This document shows, piece after piece, positions 1 through 9,084 of a stretch of DNA of 32,000 nucleotides (positions within the stretch are counted from its first letter, which is position 1; every line of letters starts with the position of its first letter). Source of the DNA: Candidatus Hermodarchaeota archaeon (GTDB lineage Archaea; Asgardarchaeota; Heimdallarchaeia; Hodarchaeales; Hodarchaeaceae). The notes beneath the pieces are model-generated. The model saw nothing but the letters and a program-made list of their open reading frames with translations. It was not told the origin of the DNA and did not search any database. Position numbers and translations under genes: made by a program. The DNA lies in NCBI GenBank assembly GCA_048886185.1, contig JBHLKY010000019.1, forward strand, positions 62,239 through 94,238, given 5' to 3'.

Positions 1-807
1 AACATTGATTATTTGAGAAAACAAGGTATTCACTTTTTATTTTCAAAGGAAATTGAAAATAAACACAAATTTCCTTCTTTAAGCGATCTAATGCAATCCA
101 TTTTTGAATTACTTGATCCATCTCACCTCTTAAAAGGGAAGAGATTCTTATTAACAGGAGGTGCGACACGCGAATATCTTGATGACGTACGTTTTCTCTC
201 CAATCCATCAACTGGATTATCTGCTGTTGAAGTTGCACAAGCTTTGAAAAATCATGGAGCTGAAATTTTACTCATCCTGGGTGAAGGGCATAACTTAGAT
301 TTAGAAAGATTAACAGTCCCAATAAAATCTGTAAGGTCAACTCAAGATATGTATGAAACAGTACATTCTGAGCTCTCTTCTTCAGAGTATTATGGATTCA
401 TATCTGTAGCTGCAGTAGTAGATTATCGGCCAGAGTATCAACCTGGTAAAATACCTTCAAAACAATCCGGTTTAGAGATCAAACTAATACCTACAATAAA
501 GATAATTGAAAATATTAGACAAAATTTCTCTAAATTACATATTATTGCATACAAGGCTGAAGTCGGTGTTTCAGAAGAAGAGCTATTAAAAAGAGGGAGA
601 GATTTTTTGGAGAAATTCAATCTGGATATGGTTTGTGCTAATTGGGTAGGTGAGCCAGAAAAAGGATTTATTTCAAAAACCAATGATATCTTCGTTATTC
701 GGCCTAATAACCCTCCTATTCATCTTAAAGGTTCAAAAATGATGATTGGAGAACGAATTGCAGACATAATAGCTAATGATTGTAAAGATCGGAGTGATAA
801 AAAATGA
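1..807 (+). CDS. coaBC: Bifunctional phosphopantothenoylcysteine decarboxylase/synthetase CoaBC, C-terminal part (5'-truncated by the window edge)
   Basis: The frame is open from base 1 (aac att gat tat ttg...), so the TTG at 13 is not the real start. CoaB motifs: LLTGGATREYLDDVRFLSNPSTG, AAVVDYRP, GKIPS, YKAE, CAN. Located within the CoA gene cluster. Confidence 0.92.
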   Translation, partial: NIDYLRKQGIHFLFSKEIENKHKFPSLSDLMQSIFELLDPSHLLKGKRFLLTGGATREYLDDVRFLSNPSTGLSAVEVAQALKNHGAEILLILGEGHNLDLERLTVPIKSVRSTQDMYETVHSELSSSEYYGFISVAAVVDYRPEYQPGKIPSKQSGLEIKLIPTIKIIENIRQNFSKLHIIAYKAEVGVSEEELLKRGRDFLEKFNLDMVCANWVGEPEKGFISKTNDIFVIRPNNPPIHLKGSKMMIGERIADIIANDCKDRSDKK

Positions 808-1721
808 ATATCACAGTATTTGGTGCGGGTAGCATTGGATCTTTATTTGCAGGCAGAATGGCTTATACTGGATTTGATGTTGCTGTTGTTGGACGTAATC
901 CTCATGTAACTGAGATTAATAAAAGAGGATTACGAATAATAGAAACGGAACAGGAGATAATCTCTCGTTTCCCTGCTGCAACAAATTTTCAACCAGAGGT
1001 CGTGACTCCTGATGCAGTATTTATTTCAACTAAAGCTTACGACAATGAGGTTGTAGCAAATTGTATGTTAGGAAAACTTTCTCAAATGACTCCCATCTTC
1101 ATTATACAGAATGGAATGGGTAATGAGCTAGTATTTCAGCAGAAATTTCCTCTGAATCCAGTTTTTCGTGCAGTAACAACCGAGGCAGCTGAGTTAATTT
1201 ATCCTGGTATTGTAAAACATGTAGCATTTGGAAAAACCTCCTTTGGCATAATCTCTGGAGACGAAAATGGTTTTGGGCCTAGAATACAGAAAATAATGAA
1301 CAAATCAGGATTCAAATCCAACAGGACAGCTAAAATTCAACTGAAAATGTGGCAAAAAGTTTTGACAAATGCTACAATATGTCCATTGGGTGCTCTTTTA
1401 CATGTACCTAATGGTCAAATCCTGCAAAAGCGGTCAATTACTCATATTTTTGATGCAATCTTGGAAGAGGGATTAGCGGTAGCTTCTCATAATCTACCTG
1501 ATGAAGACTTTTCGGAAACTCGTGACTTCATTCTTCATGTTATAGAAAAAACAAATGATAATAAATGTAGTATGCTTCAGGATATCGAACGAGGTCGTAG
1601 AACAGAGATAGATTATATGAATGGATTTATTGTTCAAGAAAGTAGACGATTGGGTTTGAAAGCTCCAGTCAACGCGGCGATTGCTGATTTGATTCGGCAT
1701 TTAGAAAGATATCCGCAATAG
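804..1721 (+). CDS. panE: 2-dehydropantoate 2-reductase (ketopantoate reductase)
   Basis: N-terminal GAGSIG Rossmann motif, STKAYD, IQNGMG, W-x-K-x-x-x-N, and SMLQDIERGRRTEIDYMNG. Overlaps coaBC by 4 nt (ATGA). Confidence 0.93.
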   Translation: MNITVFGAGSIGSLFAGRMAYTGFDVAVVGRNPHVTEINKRGLRIIETEQEIISRFPAATNFQPEVVTPDAVFISTKAYDNEVVANCMLGKLSQMTPIFIIQNGMGNELVFQQKFPLNPVFRAVTTEAAELIYPGIVKHVAFGKTSFGIISGDENGFGPRIQKIMNKSGFKSNRTAKIQLKMWQKVLTNATICPLGALLHVPNGQILQKRSITHIFDAILEEGLAVASHNLPDEDFSETRDFILHVIEKTNDNKCSMLQDIERGRRTEIDYMNGFIVQESRRLGLKAPVNAAIADLIRHLERYPQ

Positions 1722-1734
1722 TGAAGGAATTTTT

Positions 1735-2625
1735 GTGATAAATGACGCTTCTTATTGGGTTGCATCACATTTAACTGGGATTTTTGAGATCAAAGATAGT
1801 TCAAAGAATCTTCTCCAACAGGGATCAAGGGGAGCAGGATTATCAATCAATAGGGGAGTTATTACTACAGTACGTAAATCTGACTATCCTAATGTTGAGA
1901 TTTTATACGATGGAGTAAGAAAAACTGCACCAGAGGCAGCTGTTACCAAAAGAGTGATTGATATTTTACTTTCTAAAAAAAGTCAAAAAAATCTTTCAAT
2001 TAGTCATAACTTCGAGGTTCCACTTTCTTCTGGCTTTGGCGCTTCTGCTGCAGGAGCAATCGGAACAGCTTTTGCTCTAAACGAATTTCTTGATTTAGGG
2101 ATGTCAAGATTAGAATTATTTCAAGTCGCCCATAAAGCTGAGGTTCTGACAAAATCAGGACTCGGAGATGTCATAGGAATTTACCAAGGGGGATTAGAGA
2201 TTCGTTTGAAAGAGGGAGCCCCTGGAATAGGAAAAACAATGTCATTCACAAATTCTAATAAATGGAAAATAGCTACCATCCATTTAGGTACTCTTTCAAC
2301 ATCTGAGGTTTTGTCAGATCCTCATAAAAGAAAAGCAATAAATGAAGCAGGAAATGAACTCATTTCGGAGTTAATTCTTCAGCCGACCTTCTCAAATTTC
2401 GCAAGATTATCTGCCATTTTTTCAAATCGTGTGAGTCTTTGGTCCCCTCAACTAGAGAAATATGTTAAGGATTTGCCTAATACTGTTCTAGGAGCCCAAA
2501 TCATGCTTGGTGAAGCTTTTTTCATATTCTATAAAAGCAACAGTGACTTGAAATATATCAAGATCCCGGTTACCCAAATATGCGAAGAGGCAATTTGCCA
2601 AAAAACCATAGTAAGATGTAGATAA
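1735..2625 (+). CDS. pok: Pantoate kinase (archaeal GHMP kinase family)
   Basis: GHMP motif PLSSGFGASAAGA, plus SHLTGIF, GSRGAGL, AHKAEV..KSGLGDV, GGLEIRLKEGAPG and MLGE. Lies between panE and the PPS gene. Confidence 0.9.
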   Translation: MINDASYWVASHLTGIFEIKDSSKNLLQQGSRGAGLSINRGVITTVRKSDYPNVEILYDGVRKTAPEAAVTKRVIDILLSKKSQKNLSISHNFEVPLSSGFGASAAGAIGTAFALNEFLDLGMSRLELFQVAHKAEVLTKSGLGDVIGIYQGGLEIRLKEGAPGIGKTMSFTNSNKWKIATIHLGTLSTSEVLSDPHKRKAINEAGNELISELILQPTFSNFARLSAIFSNRVSLWSPQLEKYVKDLPNTVLGAQIMLGEAFFIFYKSNSDLKYIKIPVTQICEEAICQKTIVRCR

Positions 2626-2627
2626 CA

Positions 2628-3416
2628 ATGATCCATGAAGTACCAAAATCTCATCCACGTTATGAATCTTTGATCATACGTGAGAGATTAATTGAGGGAA
2701 TGCATCAAAAAATAGTTGCAGAAGCTGGATTAATTGCAGCTGGCCGTGGGGAGGCTTATGATTATATATTGGGGGAATCTACTCCTCCCTTTGCTTTACT
2801 TCAAGAAAGATTAGCTGTAATCACTTTATTACTGGCTAATTATCCTATAATTTCCGTAAATGGTAATGTTGCTGTATTATGTCCTGAAGAAATGGTACAG
2901 CTCAGTCAGATCCTAAATGCTCCTTTAGAAATAAATCTTTTTTATCGGACACCTGAACGTGAGGTTGCTATCAAAAAAGTTCTGATGAAAGCTGGTGCTC
3001 AAAATGTATATGGGACTGATCCAAAGAAACAGGAGACGATACCTGAAATATCACATAAACGTAGATTTGTAGATTCCCGTGGAATCGCGCGTTCAGATTG
3101 TGTGTTTGTACCATTGGAGGATGGTGACCGTACAATAGCACTTAGGAAGTTGGGAAAAGATGTGGTTACAGTTGATTTAAATCCTCTTTCACGGACATCT
3201 TTAACTGCATCAGTATCCATTACCAATAATATTGTAAGAGCTGCAACTGAAATGATTCAGCTTTCCAAGGAACTCACAAAATTAACTATCAAAGAATTGG
3301 AAAAAGAGAAAAAACAGTTGAATAATGAAACCTTATTACAAGAAGCCCTAAAATTCATGTCAAATAGGCTCATGGAGCTAGCTAATAACAAAAGAATATT
3401 CGAGGTGAAATTATGA
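2628..3416 (+). CDS. pps: 4-phosphopantoate--beta-alanine ligase (phosphopantothenate synthetase)
   Basis: PKSHPRYESL..RE, GLIAAGRGEAYDYILGE, ISVNGN, VPLEDGDRT, VDLNPLSRT and NIVRA are characteristic of archaeal PPS. Confidence 0.93.
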   Translation: MIHEVPKSHPRYESLIIRERLIEGMHQKIVAEAGLIAAGRGEAYDYILGESTPPFALLQERLAVITLLLANYPIISVNGNVAVLCPEEMVQLSQILNAPLEINLFYRTPEREVAIKKVLMKAGAQNVYGTDPKKQETIPEISHKRRFVDSRGIARSDCVFVPLEDGDRTIALRKLGKDVVTVDLNPLSRTSLTASVSITNNIVRAATEMIQLSKELTKLTIKELEKEKKQLNNETLLQEALKFMSNRLMELANNKRIFEVKL

Positions 3417-4210
3417 GAAAAAAAACAGTTCTAGATGTTATAGAAATGATGAATAAGGGGGAAAAAATAACCATGCTGACTGCTTACGATTTTGTGATGG
3501 CATCTATCTTAGATGAAGCAGGAACGGATTTATTGCTTGTCGGGGATACAATGGGTATGGTAGTCCATGGAAATCCTACAACATTGACTGTGACTTTAGA
3601 TGATTCGATTCGCCATACTCAAGCAGTCGCACGAGGGGCGAAACAAGCAATGGTAATTGGAGATTTGCCCTTCGGAACATTCCAAGTTTCTGCAGAGGAA
3701 GCAATTCGTAATGCAATCAAACTAGTTAAAGTAGGTCATGCTGAGGCAATAAAGCTTGAAGGAGGAAGTGAGAGGAATGATTCTGTTAGAGGAATCCTTG
3801 ATGCAGGTATCCCTGTCATGGGTCACCTAGGCCTGACTCCTCAATCAATTCATCGTTTTGGAGGTTTTAAAGTTCAAGGTAGGACTGAAGAGACAGCAAA
3901 TTATCTTATTGAAGAATCAAAGAAGCTAGAAGAGGCTGGTATTTTTTCTCTTGTATTAGAAGCCATACCATGGAAAGTAGCTAAAAAAATTACTGAGTCG
4001 ATTTCTATCCCAACGATTGGAATCGGAGCTGGGCCTTATTGTGATGGTCAAGTCTTGGTAACTTATGATCTCTTGGGTTACTTTGATTTCGGAGCAAAAT
4101 TCGTTAAAAGATATTTAAACCTTAAGGAACAGATCTTAGAAGCTATACGAGAATATAATAAAGAAGTTAGAGATGGTACGTTTCCAGATCTTAGCTATAG
4201 TTATGAATAA
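3413..4210 (+). CDS. panB: 3-methyl-2-oxobutanoate hydroxymethyltransferase
   Basis: MLTAYD, LLVGD, GDLPFG, IKLEGG, PVMGHLGLTPQ, FKVQGR and IGIGAGPYCDGQVLV. Overlaps pps by 4 nt. Confidence 0.96.
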   Translation: MRKKTVLDVIEMMNKGEKITMLTAYDFVMASILDEAGTDLLLVGDTMGMVVHGNPTTLTVTLDDSIRHTQAVARGAKQAMVIGDLPFGTFQVSAEEAIRNAIKLVKVGHAEAIKLEGGSERNDSVRGILDAGIPVMGHLGLTPQSIHRFGGFKVQGRTEETANYLIEESKKLEEAGIFSLVLEAIPWKVAKKITESISIPTIGIGAGPYCDGQVLVTYDLLGYFDFGAKFVKRYLNLKEQILEAIREYNKEVRDGTFPDLSYSYE

Positions 4211-4280
4211 TTATTTTCCTCATTTTCGTCATTTTCACTTATCTCCCTCTCCTATTTTCTATATAAAGTCTAGAGAAGCT

Positions 4281-4288
4281 TTTATAAA
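4281..4288 (+). promoter_or_regulatory. Candidate archaeal TATA box (TTTATAAA) with purine-rich BRE-like upstream sequence
   Basis: gagaagcTTTATAAA ends about 33 nt upstream of the ATG at 4321, the spacing expected for an archaeal promoter with a very short leader. Confidence 0.45.
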
Positions 4289-4320
4289 GTGTTCATGACA
4301 GGTACACGAAATGAATGTGA

Positions 4321-4539
4321 ATGGGTTCCGACTCTTTTTCCACTCACTACAGAACTATATCTAGTAGAGTTTCTACTAAAAATTTACTTCTAATGGAACT
4401 TAAAAAAGCCAAAGAAAAGTTAAGTACTTCTCCTCACCCCTATTGCGAATCCAATTGTCCTTGGATATTGCTTTGCAGAAATATAAATCCTTCTGGATGT
4501 ATATTAAGCTATTTAATTGACCCAAGCTTATGGCATTAA
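4321..4539 (+). CDS. Small Cys-rich protein, putative metal-binding (C-x3-C-x5-C-x7-C)
   Basis: 72-aa ORF filling an otherwise empty gap, with four clustered Cys (CESNCPWILLCRNINPSGC) and an upstream TATA-like box. Confidence 0.55.
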   Translation: MGSDSFSTHYRTISSRVSTKNLLLMELKKAKEKLSTSPHPYCESNCPWILLCRNINPSGCILSYLIDPSLWH

Positions 4540-4619
4540 TACTAACTCTCTTTTTTAGAGTAGAGAATATTAAATTTTGCATAAAATGTGATTGAAAATG
4601 AAAAAATTTAGTAGTTTTC

Positions 4620-5318
4620 TCAGGAAGATTTTAACAGTTTTTGGTTTTCTATTAAATATTTTGGTCCAAATCCTTCTACTTGAGATAATGGACCTTCAAT
4701 TCCCTTTGGGTTTCCTGTTCTTGTGTATATTACCTTAGATTCAATAATTGCGTTTAGAATGTCAATTGGTTTCTCATTAAACGAATCAAGTAAAATTTCG
4801 GCCTTCTTTTGGCCCGTCTTATGAAGACCCTGTAAAAAATACAGCTGGTTATCCCTTAGCGATCGCTTTTTAGGTGATTTTCGCGCAATAATAGGATCAG
4901 CGTGTTCTTCTTGAACCCATGAGGCGATACGATTTAATGCGATAGCTGTCTCGCTCATTCGAGAAGTTGGGACAACTGGTACTTGGCGACGTAAAAAAAT
5001 ATAAGTCAAAGCACCATAAACATGCTTTTTTCTCTTCTTCCATTCAGTTCTTTCGAATGCTGAGGGCAAATTTTCTAATAATAAGATTGGTTGGTCATAG
5101 GTTTCAATTAATCGATCAATTTGTTCAAAAAGTCGATTATCCATTATAGACGTAATTAAGTCCAAACCTGTTTTTCTTTCACAAGCTACCTGATCAGATA
5201 AGATATAGTCAGCGACATCTAATTGTTGTTCTTCAACCTCCATACCAAATGTCACCAGTCTTTTCTTGAGTTTTTCAGGTTCCCGTTGATCAACTATGAT
5301 TTGTAAAGGCTGAGTCAT
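4620..5318 (-). CDS. xpf: Short XPF/ERCC4-family structure-specific endonuclease with C-terminal HhH motifs
   Basis: IIVDQRE, (G/A)DY (here ADY), ERK and LLLE nuclease motifs. HhH-like segments LQGLHKTGQKKAEILLDSF and QVEGFGPK. No helicase domain. Confidence 0.88.
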   Translation of the reverse strand: MTQPLQIIVDQREPEKLKKRLVTFGMEVEEQQLDVADYILSDQVACERKTGLDLITSIMDNRLFEQIDRLIETYDQPILLLENLPSAFERTEWKKRKKHVYGALTYIFLRRQVPVVPTSRMSETAIALNRIASWVQEEHADPIIARKSPKKRSLRDNQLYFLQGLHKTGQKKAEILLDSFNEKPIDILNAIIESKVIYTRTGNPKGIEGPLSQVEGFGPKYLIENQKLLKSS

Positions 5319-5351
5319 CTTTATCGTAACCTGTTGGTTATAATATGAAAT

Positions 5352-7736
5352 TTATAAGAGATAGCCCTTTTCTGACAGAGTTCTAGGTAACAAATTATTC
5401 TGAATCAAGGACTCAAAAATAATTCTGATGTCATTCCTAGAAATGTTTGTTTCACGACTGATTTCTTCCCAAGGGATTAACTTTCTTATTTGCATTTCAG
5501 GTTGCTTTACATAATCAATAACTTTACTAAGAGCCTTTTTTTGGGTCATTACTTTGTTTTTATCCAAAGAGATTATTAAATTGCTATCCTCTGAAATTAT
5601 TTCTCTAACTATCGTTTCATTTTTCTTATCTTTAATAATTTCAAGGATTTCTAAAAGCTCTTGGAGAGAAAATTCTTCCCTATATTCTATGATTCCTTGA
5701 ATTTCCTGATTAATGCCTTTTGAGGTTACAAACTCTCCCACTGCATTAGTAAATCCTCTGATAAAAAGGATATTTTCAACTATTTTATAAAGGATTTTTG
5801 GATTCAAATCTAATTTGAATCCTAGAACATTAAAATTGATTCTTCCTTGAGTTTGAATTTCTTTTTCAACTTTAGCTATCAAATCTTCAGTGAAGAAATA
5901 ATCAGTGTCAGGAGTAGTTCTACCGCTAAATTCTTGTGTGATAAAATCGAGAATAACTGGTTTTGTTGTGCTAGCTATTTTTCCAAATTTTACTTTTTGT
6001 AAGAATTCAGAGATAGAAAGATAGCCTTTACCAATGATATGTTGTTGAAGCTGTGGATGAAGATTCTCTAGAGTGATTAATTGTCCATCACTTGCTTGAT
6101 AGGTTTTTATATCCATTAATTTCTGTAGGCTTTGTAAGAATCTAGGAAATTCGATATTAATATGTTTTAAAAGATGAATTACTCTTGATTCATCAATTCC
6201 TGAGGAATTCTGTTCTAGTTTCTGAAATTCTGTTATTTCTAGAAAAACATTGATTTCTTCAAGCCATACCCCTTTAAACTTGTCTTCAACAATCTCTTTT
6301 AACGTGGAAATTTCGATTTTAGGATTTCCGATTTGAGTTATAAATTTCTTAAGCGAGACAATCTTATTACTTTCTATCTGATGTTTTAACTGAGTCTGTA
6401 GATATTCTTTTGTAAGGTATTCATTTTGAGAATTATACCATCCATCTTTTGATGGATTTAAAATTGGAATTAATTCTTTTTTAACTACATCATTAGATTT
6501 ATTGATCTCTGTTGCAATACTTGGAATTTGAAGAATTCCTGAGCTTTTAAATTCAGTAGAGATATTGTTAAAGCACTCTACTGTTAAATAAAGGTCTTGA
6601 TTAACTTGATGACTTTGTGGAATAGTGGAGATTAATTGCTTTAATATCTCTAGTGAAACCTGTCTGAAAGGATCTTTTTGTTTTATAGTTGGAATGTGAA
6701 TGGAGTTATTCTCTTCTAACTCTGTTATCAATAATCTCTTTAGACCTGTTTCTGTTAAATAAGTGTCATCAAAAAGAGGAATCAGCTTTAAGTTTAATAT
6801 TTTTGTAACTAATACCTTTATAGCAACTACATTGGACTGTAATTCCGCAGCAAGTTCTGATAAGACCAACCTGTCTTTTGCTATTAACCGTGTTTGGAGA
6901 TCTTTTATCGCAAAAGCCATTTGAGAAGTAAGGGAGGAGACTGATGAATCAAAGTTTTGTTTTGTTGTGTCGGTTCCATGTTGGAGTGAAGCGATTAAAT
7001 CAATTCTCCCTTTTGATATGACTTCAGACGTGATTTCCTGTTCATTTTTTTTAAGAAAAGCCGCTGCTGTTTCTCTAACATAGTCATTTGGGTCTACAAG
7101 GTTTTCTATAAATGGTAATATAAGTTCCCGTCCTCCCATATGTTCCAAGGCTGACCCTGCTTGATTACGTGTCCAATCATCATACCCAGGATTTCGCATG
7201 ATTTCAACAAGGGTGCCAATTGCTTTTGGTGTCTTTAACTTTCCAAGGGCATATATTATTGATCTGCGAAGACCACCAGTTTCTGATTTTAATAATTGCA
7301 ACAATTTTACTTCTACTCCCTCAATTTGGTGTGCAACAACAAGTTCCATTGCAGTCTTTCGAACCACCTCTGCCTGATCATTAAGACTTCTCATTACTTG
7401 TGGTTTAAGCTGGGGATGATTCTGTTTAGCAAGCCATTCAAGAGCTAATGACCGAATCCCTGGACTTGGATCTGAAAGTGCTGAAGAGACTAAAGATTCA
7501 ACTGTTTTTACGTCTGGAAGAGCTTCTATTAATGTTATTAGTGCTTTTTCTCTAATATTCTTCTCTGGAGCTTTAGTAAAAGGTAATAACGATTTGACGA
7601 TCATACGGAAGCGAAAATCCGCGGAATTTGGGTTTGCTTGTAAATATTTTTGCAGATTGTTTATTGAAGTCCATTTGAGATCGATATCCTTTGATTTAAG
7701 GCCTTTAAGATCATTCAATACGGATTCTTCGGACAT
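5352..7736 (-). CDS. HEAT-repeat protein with C-terminal tandem winged-helix (UFL1/PCI-like) repeats
   Basis: N-terminal HEAT repeats (DPSPGIRSLAL, DQAEVVRKTAM, DPNDYVRETAA). The C-terminal part has ~55-60-aa repeats starting [YF]-[LFV]-T. Likely start is the ATG at 7736 (MSEESVL), preceded by GTGAGTGGT; the ORF track extends to 7853. Confidence 0.75.
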   Translation of the reverse strand: MSEESVLNDLKGLKSKDIDLKWTSINNLQKYLQANPNSADFRFRMIVKSLLPFTKAPEKNIREKALITLIEALPDVKTVESLVSSALSDPSPGIRSLALEWLAKQNHPQLKPQVMRSLNDQAEVVRKTAMELVVAHQIEGVEVKLLQLLKSETGGLRRSIIYALGKLKTPKAIGTLVEIMRNPGYDDWTRNQAGSALEHMGGRELILPFIENLVDPNDYVRETAAAFLKKNEQEITSEVISKGRIDLIASLQHGTDTTKQNFDSSVSSLTSQMAFAIKDLQTRLIAKDRLVLSELAAELQSNVVAIKVLVTKILNLKLIPLFDDTYLTETGLKRLLITELEENNSIHIPTIKQKDPFRQVSLEILKQLISTIPQSHQVNQDLYLTVECFNNISTEFKSSGILQIPSIATEINKSNDVVKKELIPILNPSKDGWYNSQNEYLTKEYLQTQLKHQIESNKIVSLKKFITQIGNPKIEISTLKEIVEDKFKGVWLEEINVFLEITEFQKLEQNSSGIDESRVIHLLKHINIEFPRFLQSLQKLMDIKTYQASDGQLITLENLHPQLQQHIIGKGYLSISEFLQKVKFGKIASTTKPVILDFITQEFSGRTTPDTDYFFTEDLIAKVEKEIQTQGRINFNVLGFKLDLNPKILYKIVENILFIRGFTNAVGEFVTSKGINQEIQGIIEYREEFSLQELLEILEIIKDKKNETIVREIISEDSNLIISLDKNKVMTQKKALSKVIDYVKQPEMQIRKLIPWEEISRETNISRNDIRIIFESLIQNNLLPRTLSEKGYLL

Positions 7737-7883
7737 ACCACTCACTAAAGCATAAGTATGTGATTCTAGTCTCTTTACTCCAAAACAACATATAAGGATA
7801 TTTATTCTTAGATATATATTTCCTCCAAGAAGGATTCTTCTATATCTCGACATAATTTATTAGAGTGCTGTTTATAGGCTGCT

Positions 7884-8954
7884 TCATATTTTTGCTGGAT
7901 TACGAATGAAAGCTGATACAAGCTGAATTGTGTGATGAATGTCCTCTAGGGACAGTAAAGATGTTGGAGAGTGAATATATCGGCAGGGAACTGAGACAAC
8001 TGAAGAGGGTATTCCACCTCGTGTTTGGTGGATCCTTCCAGCATTAGTCCCACCAAAGATTGGCTTTTTAATGTGAAATGGAATATTCTCATGTTTAGCA
8101 TTTTCTATTAAACGCTTATTTACAAAGGGGTGAGCAATCATACTATTATCCGCTACTGAAATAGTAGGCCCTTTACCAATGTATGCTGGGCACTCTGAGT
8201 CTTTAATTCCTGGAACATCCCCAGCTGTGGTGTTTTCAATAGCTAAAGCGATTGTAGGTTCCAACGTGAAAGCTGCTGGTCCAGCGCCACGCCCCCCAAT
8301 TTCTTCCTGGGTAGAGAAACTGAAAAGAAGAGTATCAGATGGAAAATTTATAGCAAATTCCTTTATCAGATGAATAAGAACATTAACTGCTGTCCTGTCA
8401 TCGAAGGCTTTACCTCTAACCATATTGTTTGGAAATTCAACAAAAGGATCATATAGAGTACCCACAGATCCTATTTGAATACCACAGGATTCCACCTCAT
8501 CCCTAGTTGTCAAACCTATATCAATATACATATCGCTGACTTTCACAAGGTTTTTCCTCTCACTTTCTGTAGTTAAGTGTGGGGGCTTTGACCCAATTAT
8601 ACCATGATATTCTTTTCCATCATTTGCAAGAATCTTGACAGCTTGTCCTAAGAGAGTCCTAGAATCCCATCCACCAATGGGTACAAAACGAAGAAAACCT
8701 CCTCTAGATTCAATATAACTTATCATAAATCCTATCTCATCAACATGACCATCAACCATGATTCTATCCTTGGGATTCTCTCCTTCCTTGACAGCTAATA
8801 AAGATCCAAGGGGATCAACCCACATCTTGTCAACCGCTCCTTCAATTTGGCTTTGAATAAAGTCAACAACTGGTCTTTCGTGGCCAGAAACTCCTATAAT
8901 TTCTGATAATTGCTTTTGTAGGGATTTAATTCCTTCAAGATCTATTTTTTTCAT
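7884..8954 (-). CDS. M42 family metallo-aminopeptidase (TET/FrvX-like)
   Basis: VSGHE, GHVDEIG, PIGGWD, GIIGSKPPH, KAFDDR, QEEIGGRGA, GGTNAG and PCRYIHSP. Confidence 0.93.
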   Translation of the reverse strand: MKKIDLEGIKSLQKQLSEIIGVSGHERPVVDFIQSQIEGAVDKMWVDPLGSLLAVKEGENPKDRIMVDGHVDEIGFMISYIESRGGFLRFVPIGGWDSRTLLGQAVKILANDGKEYHGIIGSKPPHLTTESERKNLVKVSDMYIDIGLTTRDEVESCGIQIGSVGTLYDPFVEFPNNMVRGKAFDDRTAVNVLIHLIKEFAINFPSDTLLFSFSTQEEIGGRGAGPAAFTLEPTIALAIENTTAGDVPGIKDSECPAYIGKGPTISVADNSMIAHPFVNKRLIENAKHENIPFHIKKPIFGGTNAGRIHQTRGGIPSSVVSVPCRYIHSPTSLLSLEDIHHTIQLVSAFIRNPAKI

Positions 8955-9084
8955 TTATTTTCGACCTAAATCATTTTTATAGACTTTGGATGACTTTTAT
9001 TTTCTAAGTTTAATAGAGTTGATCTAATCAAAGATTTTCTCTAAATAGGTTCTCCTCTCTTATCTGAAAGAAAGTGTATATTTT

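Noticed and set aside
4362-4378. Hairpin TAGTAGA-GTT-TCTACTA, superficially like a Cas12a repeat stem (TTTCTACT)
   Set aside because: Single copy, with no spacers, no array and no cas genes; it lies inside the small ORF.
7737-7853. 39-aa N-terminal extension on the HEAT-WH protein
   Set aside because: The ATG at 7736 has an SD-like GTGAG upstream and the HEAT helices begin there.
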